From Eledone cirrhosa (lineage: Eukaryota): a DNA stretch of 64,000 nucleotides. Position 1 is the stretch's first letter. Each line of letters begins with the position of its first letter. The stretch covers positions 328,538,001 to 328,602,000 of the forward strand of contig OZ024741.1 in assembly GCA_964016885.1 (NCBI GenBank), written 5' to 3'. Positions 24,093-36,454 of this stretch are shown here, one piece after another. The translations under genes and the position numbers were made by a program. Under the pieces are notes generated by a model, which did not search any database, was not told the DNA's origin, and worked only from the letters and a program-made list of their open reading frames with translations.

Positions 24093-27062
24093 ATGGTGTT
24101 AAAGTTTGCTTGAAGCATTGTGAAATATGTAAAATATGTAGTTTAGAAAGCCACAACAATGCAGATGGGAAATCTCGATGAGGAAGTGAGTGAGAAATAG
24201 GAGAAAAGTGAAAATTGAGAGAAACGAAAAAACGAAAACAAAACAAAGGTAGAAGGGTTACCGTAGTGGAGATTTAATCCCAATATTTCGGGCTCACGCC
24301 CATCAACGGGGGGAAAGTTCCAAAAGGGGAGGAACAGGCTAAGCCGGAGAAAGTTGTATTGTCGTTAAAACATAGGAATGCCGTTATGGTGAAAAATTCA
24401 AACAAGGGAAAGAATGCGCGTGCGCGTGATAGGCTGTGGCAAAAGCTACTGACCAATTGGGTTAAATCAATAGGGTGCGCTAGCGTGTGAAAGCCGTAAA
24501 ATATGTGTGTGTAAATATATATATGTGTGTAACTGTGTGTGTATATGTGTATGTGTGTATGTATGTGAGTGTGTGTGTGTGAAAGATAGTGGGCCGTAGA
24601 AGCTGGAATTCAAAGGGTGTGAAAGGTTGTAGGTTGTATAAACATGTGTGCGTGTATAAATATAGATGCGTGTGTGTGTGCGTGTGTATGTGTATGGGTA
24701 TACATATAAGTGCGTGTGTGTGTGAAAGATAGTAGGCCGTAGGGACTGTTACTGGTCACTATGGTTAAATTAGCCATGTCAGCTCATTTCTCTCAGCCCG
24801 GTTGTTAAGTGGGGGTCTGAGGTTCTTAATAACAAGTGCTTCCTTTATCCTTAAGGATCCGATGCTACTGCTCTCCAGCATCTTAATGACGACAACCTCT
24901 ACTCGAAAGTCACAGGGACCTCCTCGACTCTAATCGAGGAAGGCATTAACACCATATGGACTAACATCTGTGTCCAACGACAACTGCCAAAGAAGGTAAA
25001 ATATAACATAATGACTAGAAACAGCAAACTACCCACCTTCTACCACCTGGTGAAAACCCATAAACAAGGACCCGATTTGAAAATCAGGCCCATTGTCTCT
25101 AGCGTTGAGGGCCCACTTTACAAAATATCGTGGCTGCTCTCCACACTACTGAAACCCATTCTACACACACTACCAGCCCACGTCTGCAGCTCAAAGGAGG
25201 TCTTGGAGCGACTACACCATCTGGCGCCCAACACCAGAAAGGACAACGGATATGCCTTCGGTCTTGATGTGGTCGCCCTTTATACCTCCGTACCAGCATC
25301 CCCAGCCGTCGACCTGTTGACCGAACGAGTCCGAGCATCTAACTTACACTGCTTCGGACTCACACACACGGACATCCACCAACTCCTCTCCTTCGTTGTG
25401 GATAATGCATTCTTCAATTTCCTCGGCCACACGTACAAACAGATCTCTGGGCTACCTATGGGCTCTAGTCTGTCCGGCATACTTGCGATCTCGTACAGGG
25501 ACCACCTGGAACGCAAGGCACTCAACACCTGCCAACCCAACGCCGTCGCCTTCTACTCCAGATACGTTGATGACATACTGAGACTCACTTCTTCCCGGGA
25601 GATGGCGAATGAAATTCACCAAATCTTTAACGACACTGACCATCACGTCGATTTCACCATGGAACACCCCGAAGAAGACGGGTCACTCGCCCTCCTCGAC
25701 TTCCGTATCAACATCTCAGAAGAAGGAGACATACACACCACCTTCTACCGCAAGGCAGCGTGCAAGGACTTATTTGTGCATTACAATTCAGCCCTCCCCA
25801 ACAACGCTAAGAGAGGCTATGTCCTAAATGAACTTACACGGATCACTAATAGATGCAGCGACCCGATGGGTGGTCTCACCCATACCACGCAATTCCGTAA
25901 TCTACTCAAGTCTAATGGATATCCCAAGCGACTCATTAACGGAATTAGAGACCCCCGACCCAATAGACAGACACCCACTAGAAACTTAGATAAAAGCAGG
26001 TGCTTCTTTGAAATCCCCCACCTGAGTGAATATACCACGAACGCCATCCGCAGGGCCATACGGAGGAAGGGACTTGACATACATTTGGCCCACACAGGAC
26101 CTGCCCTCAGCAACTGCCCGATACGGGGGGCAGATTGCCTACGAACCTATGTCGTATATAAGATTCAATGCGATAAATGTAACAAGTTTTACATAGGTAG
26201 CACCATCCGACCCCTACATGTTCGTATCAAGGAACATGTCAAAAACCAACGCATCTTCCTTCCGTAAATACATCCTTAAATGCGGAAACCCACAGGGCAG
26301 ACCCTTGGTCACAGTCCTAGCGACTGAACGCAGCATCGGATCCTTAAGGATAAAGGAAGCACTTGTTATTAAGAACCTCAGACCCCCACTTAACAACCGG
26401 GCTGAGAGAAATGAGCTGACATGGCTAATTTAACCATAGTGACCAGTAACAGCCCCTACGGCCTACTATCTTTCACACACACGCACTTATATGTATACCC
26501 ATACACATACACACGCACACACACACACATCTATATTTATACACGCACACATGTTTATACAACCTACTACCTTTCACACCCTTTGAAATCCAGCTTCTAC
26601 AGCCCACTATCTTTCACACACACACACTCACATACATACACACATACACATATACACACACAGTTACACACATATATATATTTACACACACATATTTTAC
26701 GGCTTTCACACGCTAGCGCACCCTATTGATTTAACCCAATTGTCAGTAGCTTTTGCCACAGCCTATCACGCGCACGCGCATTCTTTTCCTCGTTTGAATT
26801 TTTCCCCATAACGGCATTCCTACGTTTTAACGACAATACAACTCTCTCCGGCTTAGCCTGTTCCCCCCCTTTTGGAACTTTCCCCCCGTTGATGGGCGTG
26901 AGCCCGAAATATTGGGATTAAATCTCCACTACGGTAACCCTTCTACCTTTGTTTTGTTTTCGTTTTTTCGTTTCTCTCAATTTTCACTTTTCTCCTATTT
27001 CTCACTCACTTCCTACATCGAGATTTCCCATCTGCATTGTTGTGGCTTTCTAAACTACATAT
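24091..27062 (+). mobile_element. Penelope-like element with long inverted 3' duplication
   Basis: 24130-24866 is the reverse complement of ~26332-27062. Extra ~40 bp tail at 24091-24130. (TA)n on both sides. Confidence 0.9.
25011..26433 (+). pseudogene. PLE RT plus GIY-YIG ORF, 5'-truncated, frameshift near 26245
   Basis: KTHK, IRPIVS, LDVVALYTSVP, QISGLPMGS, SRYVDD, VVYKIQC..C...YIGST. Continues in another frame as LRIKEALVI...P-LN. Confidence 0.9.
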
Positions 27063-27087
27063 TATATATATATATATATATACATAT

Positions 27088-27412
27088 ATAGGAGAAAGTA
27101 TAGCCCCAACGGCAGAGCTCAAGCCATTTCGACGGCTATTTCTGGACTAAATTAGATTTTAAGCGTGGTAGTAAATAGCCGAAGTGTTCAAGGTGTAATT
27201 CCTTATATGGGCGGGCGATGTTGATATATTTCTGAATATTGTAGTTGTCAAAAGGATTGGTCAAAATTTATTTTAAACACAATTAAATCTTTCATGGCGG
27301 TGGGTATGGGTGTGAGTACCCGAACTTGCCTGTAGAACAAGGAGAGAGTGGGTTAAGCCGGTGAAGCGTTGAAAGTGAATTCTGTATAGAATTCACTTTC
27401 AACGCTTTACTA
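27088..27412 (-). repeat. Remnant related to the 1374-1578 fold-back family, ending in a perfect hairpin
   Basis: CCCCAACGGCAGAGCTCAAGCCATTTCGAC resembles the 1456-1576 arms. Hairpin AAGCGTTGAAAGTGAATTCT-GTAT-AGAATTCACTTTCAACGCTT at 27364-27407. Confidence 0.55.
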
Positions 27413-27560
27413 TAGTAATTGCATTGTTTTCAAAGCTTTAGGCATCTGACTGGGATGTTGTATTACAATTTCTCTTTTGAGTATGCTGCAAACGAAATTG
27501 TTGAGAAAATTGTAAACAACATTGAAATCACTGGATATGAATCTAAACCCTTATTATTAC
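27413..27560. repeat. ~200 bp direct repeat, partial copy 3
   Basis: Matches 23830-23970. Confidence 0.85.
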
Positions 27561-27607
27561 CAGTAATGCACTGGGTATTTGCTGGCTTTGTGCCTAAAGT
27601 AGAAACA

Positions 27608-27649
<42 letters not shown>

Positions 27650-27863
27650 GAATGCCATGGTTGACGGAGGCTCGGCTCTGTAAGGTATAGTAATTTTTAA
27701 CCGTTAAAACAATTGTAAATTGTTTAAAACTTGAACCAAATTGTTGATAAAGACACCCTCCTCCTCGTGAGAGGGGTCTTTCTGTCCGTTATTTGGCCCT
27801 TCAGGGTTAAATAACCAGTTATTGGGGTTTTGTACCCAATATTCATTTTAAACAAAAAACAAC

Positions 27864-29960
27864 ATGGCTACGAAAAAGAAATTTCATACGTCACTCCCAC
27901 TCATTCCGTCTTCTTCTTTCTCAATCATCACTACAGCAGAGAGAAGATTGTCTCTCTCCCTCCCTTCTTTAAATGTGTCTCTCTCCCTCCCTTCTCTTTC
28001 GCAAGTGACGAAAGAAAAGAAAAGTCTCGTGCAAAGCGTGCAAGGTTTCTCCACGACGACGACGACAGCGACGAAACAGGTGTGCAGGAAATACGAAAAC
28101 CCAGTTCATTCGTCTGACGTCAGGAATAATAGCAGTAGCAGCCGTAATAACAACTGCAACAGTGACAATGAAAACAACAGTAGCAGCCGCAACAGCATCA
28201 CCAGCAGCATAAACAACAACAGCATTAGCAGCAGCAACACCAACAACAACCACAGCAACAGCGGCGGAGGCAGTAGTCGTAGTACCTGCAGCAACAACAA
28301 AAGTACCAGCAGCTCTGGCGACAACAACAACAGCAGAGAAAAACCAATCTCATTTGCAGGTATTGCGAAAAACTTGGAAACAATCCTCATAACAAATGAG
28401 GAATTAGAGGAAGCGAAGAAGATGGTGACAAAGAACGGACAGCGAGCAATCTGCAAGGCAGCGGAAAAATTTTTCAAAACCCAAGAGCACTGTACGGTCA
28501 CGTACCGTACAGTAAGTACAAAATCCCGTAGGGTGGAAAGAGCCACAGAGGCCCAAATACAAAAAGCATTGGGGTCTGTGTGGCAGCGGAAAACGCACAT
28601 CACCCGAGGCAAAAAATATGCCACCGTAGACGTACTTTTTGCCACACCCCAGGAGGCAAAGGCCCAATCAGTAGTGACCCTAAGGAGCGAGGAAATGGTG
28701 TTGGTGCCCTCCTACTGCGGGCAAAAAATTGTGAGGGTCAAACTGACCCACGTCCCCCCCGGAATGACCCCTTCTTGGCTGGCCGCGTCTGTCCTAATCG
28801 GAATCGAGGACAAAACAACTGTACTGCAAGTACAGAAAAAAGTAAGAGAAGATTGGGTCGGCTCCTCCATTGAGATGCTAATCCAAACCAACCAGGAGTG
28901 CATCGAAGCTATCCCGGATGTGATAGACTTCGATAACGGCACTCAACTGCCCATAAGTGTTGAGGGCAAACGCCCGAAATGCTTTCGCTGTGGATCGAAG
29001 ACTCACCTCAGGGCCTTCTGCAACGAGAAGACCCTGAGAAAGGAGAAAACCCCCCTCCTTCCGAATCCGGCTCCACGGCTACCAGCAACAGGACAAGCGG
29101 CAACCAGGAACGATAGGTCCGTGGCACCCATACCCACGCCACGGAAATCAAAAACAGCAGCAGCAGTGGAAATATTAACAACAACAACAGCAATACCAAA
29201 TGCAGCTGCAACAGAGACTCCAGTGCAAACATCACCAACAACAACAAGTGAAAGAGTGGAGTTGGTACCCCTCCCCGACCTCACAGAATCAGACATGGAG
29301 TGTGAGGTGGGAGAGAGATGGCAAAAGGTCGTAAGAAGGCACAAACGCAGAAGCAGCGCATCGTCGCCTTTGAAAAGGGAGGAAAGAAATGAGAAAAGGG
29401 TAAAGTCTACTGCAAAGAGACCCACAGCAGCAACAACACCAGCACCATCACCACCCACACTAGCGCCACCATCACCACCGGCGACAACCCCACCGCCAAC
29501 AACACCTTCAACACCACCACCACAAGCACCAACATCGCAAACACAACAACAAAACACACACACCCAGCAACAACGACAAGAAAATAGCAGAACCACACCC
29601 CACCCCCAGAAAAACAAATGCACGGCAATAAATACACAAAACAAGAAACTAATGACTTACATAATTGAACACACAGACATTTCACAACAGGACTACATAA
29701 TACCAGCACCAATCAAAACGCCAACAAACATAAGACTGCTAAAAATAGCACAGAAACAATACACAAATATTAAAACGAAATTCCCCAACGCAGTTGGTGA
29801 TTTCAGGGACCTAGGAGGAACCATCAATCGAAGAGTATACTCAGACATTCTCTTAGAAGAGCCGACGACCAGCCGAAGGGACGATTCAATGGTCCCTTCA
29901 CCAGACGATCAAGTGAAAAGGGATGTAAAAACTATCCCTCCTCTACCAAAAGTACGGTAA
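27864..29960 (+). CDS. LINE ORF1, gag-like nucleic-acid-binding protein, 698 aa, intact
   Basis: CCHC knuckle CFRCGSKTHLRAFC. S/N-rich and P/T-rich segments. Lies upstream of ORF2. Confidence 0.88.
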   Translation: MATKKKFHTSLPLIPSSSFSIITTAERRLSLSLPSLNVSLSLPSLSQVTKEKKSLVQSVQGFSTTTTTATKQVCRKYENPVHSSDVRNNSSSSRNNNCNSDNENNSSSRNSITSSINNNSISSSNTNNNHSNSGGGSSRSTCSNNKSTSSSGDNNNSREKPISFAGIAKNLETILITNEELEEAKKMVTKNGQRAICKAAEKFFKTQEHCTVTYRTVSTKSRRVERATEAQIQKALGSVWQRKTHITRGKKYATVDVLFATPQEAKAQSVVTLRSEEMVLVPSYCGQKIVRVKLTHVPPGMTPSWLAASVLIGIEDKTTVLQVQKKVREDWVGSSIEMLIQTNQECIEAIPDVIDFDNGTQLPISVEGKRPKCFRCGSKTHLRAFCNEKTLRKEKTPLLPNPAPRLPATGQAATRNDRSVAPIPTPRKSKTAAAVEILTTTTAIPNAAATETPVQTSPTTTSERVELVPLPDLTESDMECEVGERWQKVVRRHKRRSSASSPLKREERNEKRVKSTAKRPTAATTPAPSPPTLAPPSPPATTPPPTTPSTPPPQAPTSQTQQQNTHTQQQRQENSRTTPHPQKNKCTAINTQNKKLMTYIIEHTDISQQDYIIPAPIKTPTNIRLLKIAQKQYTNIKTKFPNAVGDFRDLGGTINRRVYSDILLEEPTTSRRDDSMVPSPDDQVKRDVKTIPPLPKVR

Positions 29961-29995
29961 GTGGTCTTTCCCATCTTTTCCACTCTATTTTAAAC

Positions 29996-32900
29996 ATGAC
30001 CTCACTCAGAATAGGCAGCATAAATGCGCGTGGCTTGGGGTCGTCATGGAATCAGGGTTACCTGCTCAACGACCTCAGGTCACTAAACATAGATGTAGTG
30101 GCCATCAGCGAGACCAGAATCTCCGAAGCACGGGCCTTCGCACCGATCTTCGGCGGCTACGATGTGTACGCATCTCCCAGCCGTCCTGGATCGGGTGGAG
30201 GAGTTGCTGTGCTTTTTCGGAGAGGTTTGGATCTCGCCATACGGGCCATCTTCCTGGACCCAGAGGGTAAGCTGGTGGTGCTGGACGTGACCAGCGGAGA
30301 CGGGCAAGCTTTCAGGCTAGTGGCCGTCTATGCCCCGACAGGAGCAGGGCGGCCTGATTTCTTCCGGCGTCTGGAGACCTTTCTTGGAACGTCCCGCTCT
30401 TTAGTGTTAGTGGGCGACTGGAACGGGATCTTAGATGCACGCTGGGACTGTGTGGGATTAGCGGATAGGGGTGGAGGGTGCAAGAGCCTCACCAACCTGC
30501 TCAGGCGTTTTGAACTGTCTGACAGGTACCGATTGGATTTCCCGAATGTGCCAATGTGGACTTGGACAAACCGCATAGGGTCATCCAGATCATATCTAGA
30601 TAGAGTATTTTGTAGGGAAATAGATAGGTCTAGCATAGGCTGCCCACAATTCAAGATAGTCAGCTACACGGACCACAAATTCCTGACCTGTGTGCTTGAC
30701 TTAGATAGGCTTCATAGACGAGGACCCGGCTACTGGAAGCTAAACGCGTCCTTACCAGCGCGCAAGGCCTACAGAGACCGGATTAGCGAACTAGTTAAGC
30801 GGGCGTTGACGGGGGCCATCGTCAACAACAAGTGGTGGTTTGCTCTGAAAAGAGCAATTAGAATAGAGTCCATTAGGTTTAGTAAGACTTTAGCAATAGA
30901 GAAAAATAGAGCAGAGGGAGAATTAGTCAGAAAATTAGACGAGGCGCTTAGCAAAAGCATTGCGACCGACGTGCTTGCGGCGAAATTGGCCCTTGACCAA
31001 TTCTTCAATGCAAAGCACGAAGGCTGCGTTGTCAGAGCAAGGGTGCGTGCTCTCAGACACGAGGGGACGAAAGCCGTTCAATGGGCCCGAGTGGCGGAGG
31101 CGCGTCGTGGCAACAAAGCCACGATCCGGTCTTTGGTGGACCACGACGGGCGCATGCTACTCGATCCCGGGCAAATGTGTCAAGCTTTTCAGCGACACTT
31201 CGCTCAGCTGTTCGGGGGCAGCGGTGTGCCGGGTAGAGGGATGGACTTTAGTGTCTACCTCGACGGACTGCCGCGGCTCTCGGCCACTGAGGCGAAGTGT
31301 TGCGAAAAGCCGATAACAGCCGCTGAAGTAAGGGAGGCAATGACTGGCTGCACAAGGGGTAAATCGCCTGGTTTGGATGGTCTGCCCTATGAACTTTACG
31401 TACAGATGCCAGACTTGTTCGGAGGCCTCTTGGCGGACGTCTACTGCAACTGGCAACAGAACGGGAGAATTCCCAGTTCTGTGAGCCGAGGAGCGGTGGC
31501 ACTGCTGAGAAAGGATCCGAACAAGGGGGATAACATAGACAATTTCCGGCCCATAACTCTGCTAAACACAGAGTTTAAGATTTTGGCCAAGGTGCTAGCA
31601 AAGAGGTTGGCGCTTGTCGTTGGTGGTCTGGTGGGAGAGGCGCAGACATGCGCCATTCCCGACAGATCCATCCACGACAACCTCCACCTCATGCGATACA
31701 TCGTAGAGAGGGTAGCTAGGGAACCTGGCACGGGTGGGTCCTTGATCAATTTAGATCAGTCGAAAGCTTTCGATAGGGTCGACCATCGTTACCTAGCGGC
31801 AGTCCTCAGGGCGGCTGGCTTTGGGCCCGTCTTCAGAGGCTGGATCGCTGCCATGCACAGCGACATCTGCTCTGTGGTGAGAGTGAACGGTCACCTGTCG
31901 GAACCGTTCAACATCATGCGCTCGGTCCGCCAAGGATGTCCCCTCTCGTCCCTCTTGTACGTATTGACTCTCGAGCCATTACTGCACAAACTGGAGACGT
32001 TGAGGGGAGTCCCGCGCGAACTAGGATGCGGAAGATCCGTGTCAGCATATGCGGACGATGTCACCGTAGTGGTGTCGAACGCCAAACACATCGAGGCGAT
32101 CGGCACTACACTAAGAGAATACGAAGCGGTGACAGGAGCAATGATCAACCAGGAAAAGTCAGTGGGCCTGCAGCTCGGCACCTGGAGAGGCAGGTCCATG
32201 CCGTCCAACAGCGTCGTCGGACGCTGGACGGACGGACCGGTTAAATTGCTAGGGGTCTGGTTCGGTCCGGACCTCCAGACGGACAAAAACTGGGACGAGG
32301 TGACGAGCAGGGTGGCTTCTCTCACCCAGAAATGGGCCGAGAGGAAGCTATCCCTGAAAGGTCGAGCGGAGGTGGCTAACGCGTACATCGCGTCCGTCAT
32401 CTGCTACCGCCTGACCGTCCTACCTTGTCCTAAGCCTCGCCTGACTGCGCTGGAGCGTTTGCTCTTTCGCTTTTTGTGGAAGGGACGCGCTCCGATGGTC
32501 AGGCGGTCCATCTGTTGTCAACACCCGCTACGTGGAGGGCTGGGCATGCCGTGGCTGATGATGCGCAGGCACGCGCTCAGGCTACGCATCTCCACCTCTT
32601 CCTCGACGGTGATCAGGTGTGGTCGCCGTTTGCTAGACGCGTTTTTCCCCAGCTCGTTTCCTTGACGGAGCTGCAGTCCTGGGTCAAGCGAAGACCGAGA
32701 GGGAGCGCCTGGAGACTGGAATGTCTTCAGGCGCTCACAGCCCTCGACCAATCGGGCAATGTGATCGGTGGAAACTCCACCTCGGCGTTCTATAGAGGAT
32801 TAGTGGAGGGGAAGAGCGACGACGTACTTGGGGAAACTCTAGGCGTCGACGAAAATCAACTAGCCAATCTCTTCGGAAGAACTTTCGGGCCAGGGCCTAT

Positions 32901-33414
32901 GGACAACTTCCAGAAATCTCTGGCCTGGCAGTGCTACCGAGGAGCCTTGCCAGTTCGGGATAAACTCTACAGGCATGGAGGTGCCGTCAGCCGGGCATGT
33001 CCGAGATGCGCGCAGGGCGACGAAACCGTCCTGCACGCACTCGTCCAGTGTCCGAAAATTGCTGACTTGTGGGTTTATGTCGAACACCTGCTGTCGCGTT
33101 TAGTACGGATCCAGCTATCATCTGAGTCCATCGTGAGGATTGCCCCGCCCTCCTCCTTTAGCCGGGAAGGGCAGGCAGTTTTTATCTGTCTGGTGGCTAT
33201 GGCGAAAGAGATAGTATGGTGGACACGTTTGAAAGGGCTGAAGACGAGCACTTACCTCTTCGGTGATGCTCTGATTGACTTTTTCAAATTTCATTTGAAA
33301 AGGAAAATCAGAGTAGAGAGGGAAGTGCTCTCTTCCCAGCATTTTGTTGAAAGATGGGTGAGAGAAGCAAGAATGGCCCGAGTGAATGGGCCGACTCTGA
33401 GTATATATCTGTAA
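29996..33414 (+). pseudogene. LINE ORF2 (APE endonuclease, RT, C-terminal zinc finger) with a single 1 bp frameshift near 32586
   Basis: SINARGL, SET, GDWN, YLDR, TDH, KSPGLDG, FRPITLLN, VRQGCPLS, AYADD, CPRC...HALVQC. Copy 2 has CGACAT where this copy has CGCAT. Confidence 0.93.
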
Positions 33415-33676
33415 ACTAAAGGTGGAAAACTGGGAGAGGGCACTTGCCTTGGTGGTCAGGGTCATTGTGGCTTTTTACTGGGCTTTCTCCACAAATGTCC
33501 CTCCGAAGTCTCCCCCCTATTGGGGAATTTTTCATTGTTATTTTCATTGTTATTTTTGTTACATCCTCTGTTTTTGTTTTTTTTTACACGCAGAAATGCC
33601 CATTTGTACCGTCCTGCATTGTCCTGCACTGTCCTTAATGTCTACTTTATGTAAACCCTTGTGGTTAATAAAGAAA

Positions 33677-33747
<71 letters not shown>

Positions 33748-33957
33748 ATTGGCGCTCACGTAGTAAATCGTATCATCGTGAGCTCCGCAAATGTTTGTTA
33801 TTTCCGTTTGTTAAACATTGCCATTTATGGAAAATTTTATTGTTAACTGTTTATAAGCGCACATACCTTGTTTTCCGAAAAGGACACCCAAAAAGATTGG
33901 GGCCTTGTGCCCAAAATTTAAACTTTTATGATTATCAAAAAATTTCTTTTAAAAAAA

Positions 33958-34467
33958 TGGCGACTTCACCTCTGCACCAAGCAGCTGAGAGCCTTCCTGA
34001 CAAACTAACACCTCACACCGACACCACCATTGTAAATATTACTACGTTTGCCAACACAAAAAATTTAAGCAGTAGCAATATTTTTAATTTGTCTCAGGCA
34101 GACATTCATTTCCCGCCATTACTGTAGGTGCTAAAGCCGCCGCCACCACCACCACCGCGACAACCACCACCCCACCACCACCGCGACAACAGAAACAAAA
34201 GGAAAAAATAAATCAACTCGTGGTGTCGAAATGTTTTCAACCAAAATGGACTCTTCCACACCGAACATAACTGACGTCACCACCACCACAACTGAAACTA
34301 AAATTAATAATAACAAAAATAACGTTAACAACAACAGCAACAATGACATTAAAAAAACCACCCTGAGTTTTGCCAGAGTAGCAAAACAGTGCGAAGCATT
34401 TACGGTAACTCAGGAGGAATTAGAAAATGCCAAAAAAATGGTAAAGAAAGATGGGTACAGGGTAAGC

Positions 34468-34499
<32 letters not shown>

Positions 34500-36420
34500 T
34501 AATAAAATGGACCATCGGCGCCTATGCACCGTGTCGTATCGAACAATTAATGTAAAATCGCGCCGAGTGGAACGGGCATCCGAGTCCCAAATCCAAAAAG
34601 CTTTGGGACATGTGTGGGCAAGAAAACCCACATCAGACGTGGGCAGAAGTATGGAACCGTGGACGTGTTCTTTGAAACACCAGAGGGGGCTAGAGAACAC
34701 TCCATGGCCCCATTAAGAAGTGACGACTTCACACTCGTCCCAAACTATTGTGGCCAGAGACTCGTAAAGATCAGGGTGACCCACGTTCCACCGGCCATCG
34801 AAATTCCCTGGCTAATAGCGGCCGTCCTTGCCGGCATCGAAGCCAACACAAAGATAATAGCAATAGCAAAAGAAAAGCAGGAGAACTGGTCCGGATCTGG
34901 GATGGAGCTCCTGATCCAAGCGGACCAAAAAAGCATTGAGGAGATCCCAGAGGTAATAGACCTCACTGACGGCAGCCACCTCACCGTAATTGTCGAGGGC
35001 AGAAGGCCTAGGTGTGTCGTTTGTGGTGAAGGAACCCACCTAAGGGCTTTCTGCCCTCAGGCTAAAAAGTTGAGGACACCTCTCCTACCCACCCCAGTGG
35101 CACAACCAACAACACCACTCGTAGCAGAGATGGCAGCAACAAATGTAGCAGCAACAACAGAAGCAACTATAACAGCAACAACCCCAGCAACAGTAGCAAA
35201 ACCAACACCACCACCACCCAACGCTTCAGAACTAGCACCAGCGCCTAGACCATCCACCACGCCACAACCAAAACTAACGCCTGTGGAGGATTTTCCACTC
35301 CCCGGCCTATCACAACTGGAGACAGATTGTGACGACGAGGAGTGGGAAACGGTATCAGGAAAAAAGAAAAAAAGAAACCAAAAAAGAAAAAAATTCTCTT
35401 CCTTCCCCCTCCAAAAACAAAATACAGAGGGAAACAAATAAATTAACAAACGAAAAAGTTAGGACAGATATGCCACCATCCACACCAGCATCACCAACCC
35501 CATCAGCCCCAAAACCAACACCATCAGGCTAAAAGGTTGAGGCCACCTCTCCTACCCACCCCAGTGACACAACCATCAACACCACCAGTAGCAGAGATGG
35601 CAGCAACAACTGTAGCAGCAACAACAGAAGCAACTATAACAGCAACAACTCCAGCAACAGTAGCAAAACCAACACCACTACCACCACCAGCAAAACCAAC
35701 ACCACCACCACCCAACGCTTCAGAACTAGCACCAGCGCCTACATCATCCACCACACCACAACCAAAACTAACGGCTGTGGAGGATTTTCCACTCCCCGGC
35801 CTATCACAACTGGAGACAGATTGTGACGACGAGGAGTGGGAAACGATATCCGGAAAAAAAAAAGAAACAAAAAAAGAAAAAATTCTCTTCCTTCCCCCTC
35901 CAAAAACGAAATACAGAGGGAAACAAATAAACTAAGAAACAAAAACGTTAGGACAGCTATGCCACCATCCACACCAGCATCACCAACCCCATCAACCCAA
36001 ACACCAACACCATCACCATCATTAACTCCAACACCACCATCACCTACACCACAAAAGTCACCAAAATGCGAAACAGAAACAAACCCACAACAAACGCAAA
36101 CAAAACAAAACAACCAAAACGATACACACTGCACAGCATTAAATTTGAACAACAAGCAATTATTGCACTACATCCAACACAACACCAGCATCACAGAAAA
36201 AGACTACACAACAACCCCAAAATTCACACCACCTCCACACATACAAATCACTCGCATCACACAGAAAACGTACATGACACTAAAACAAAAATTCCCCAAA
36301 GACATCGGAGACTTCCGACAAGCACTCTCCAGGAGGATTTATAAGGACATCCTTCCTGAGGAGGCCACAAGCAGTGAAAAGGATGGAAAAACCGTCCTTC
36401 CTCTACGAGAAGTAAGGTAA
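33958..36420 (+). pseudogene. LINE ORF1, frameshifted, with ~468 bp internal tandem duplication
   Basis: CVVCGEGTHLRAFC knuckle and SRRVERA motif shared with copy 1. Duplicated block starts at 35057 and 35524. Confidence 0.85.
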
Positions 36421-36454
36421 GTGGTTTTTCCCATCTTTTCCACTCCTTTTCAAC

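Larger units (their letters stand above)
27649..33680 (+). mobile_element. Tx1-type (L1 superfamily) LINE, copy 1, apparently full length
   Basis: Two ORFs, AATAAA at ~33667, and (ATT)n tracts on both sides (27607-27648, 33678-33745). Confidence 0.92.
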
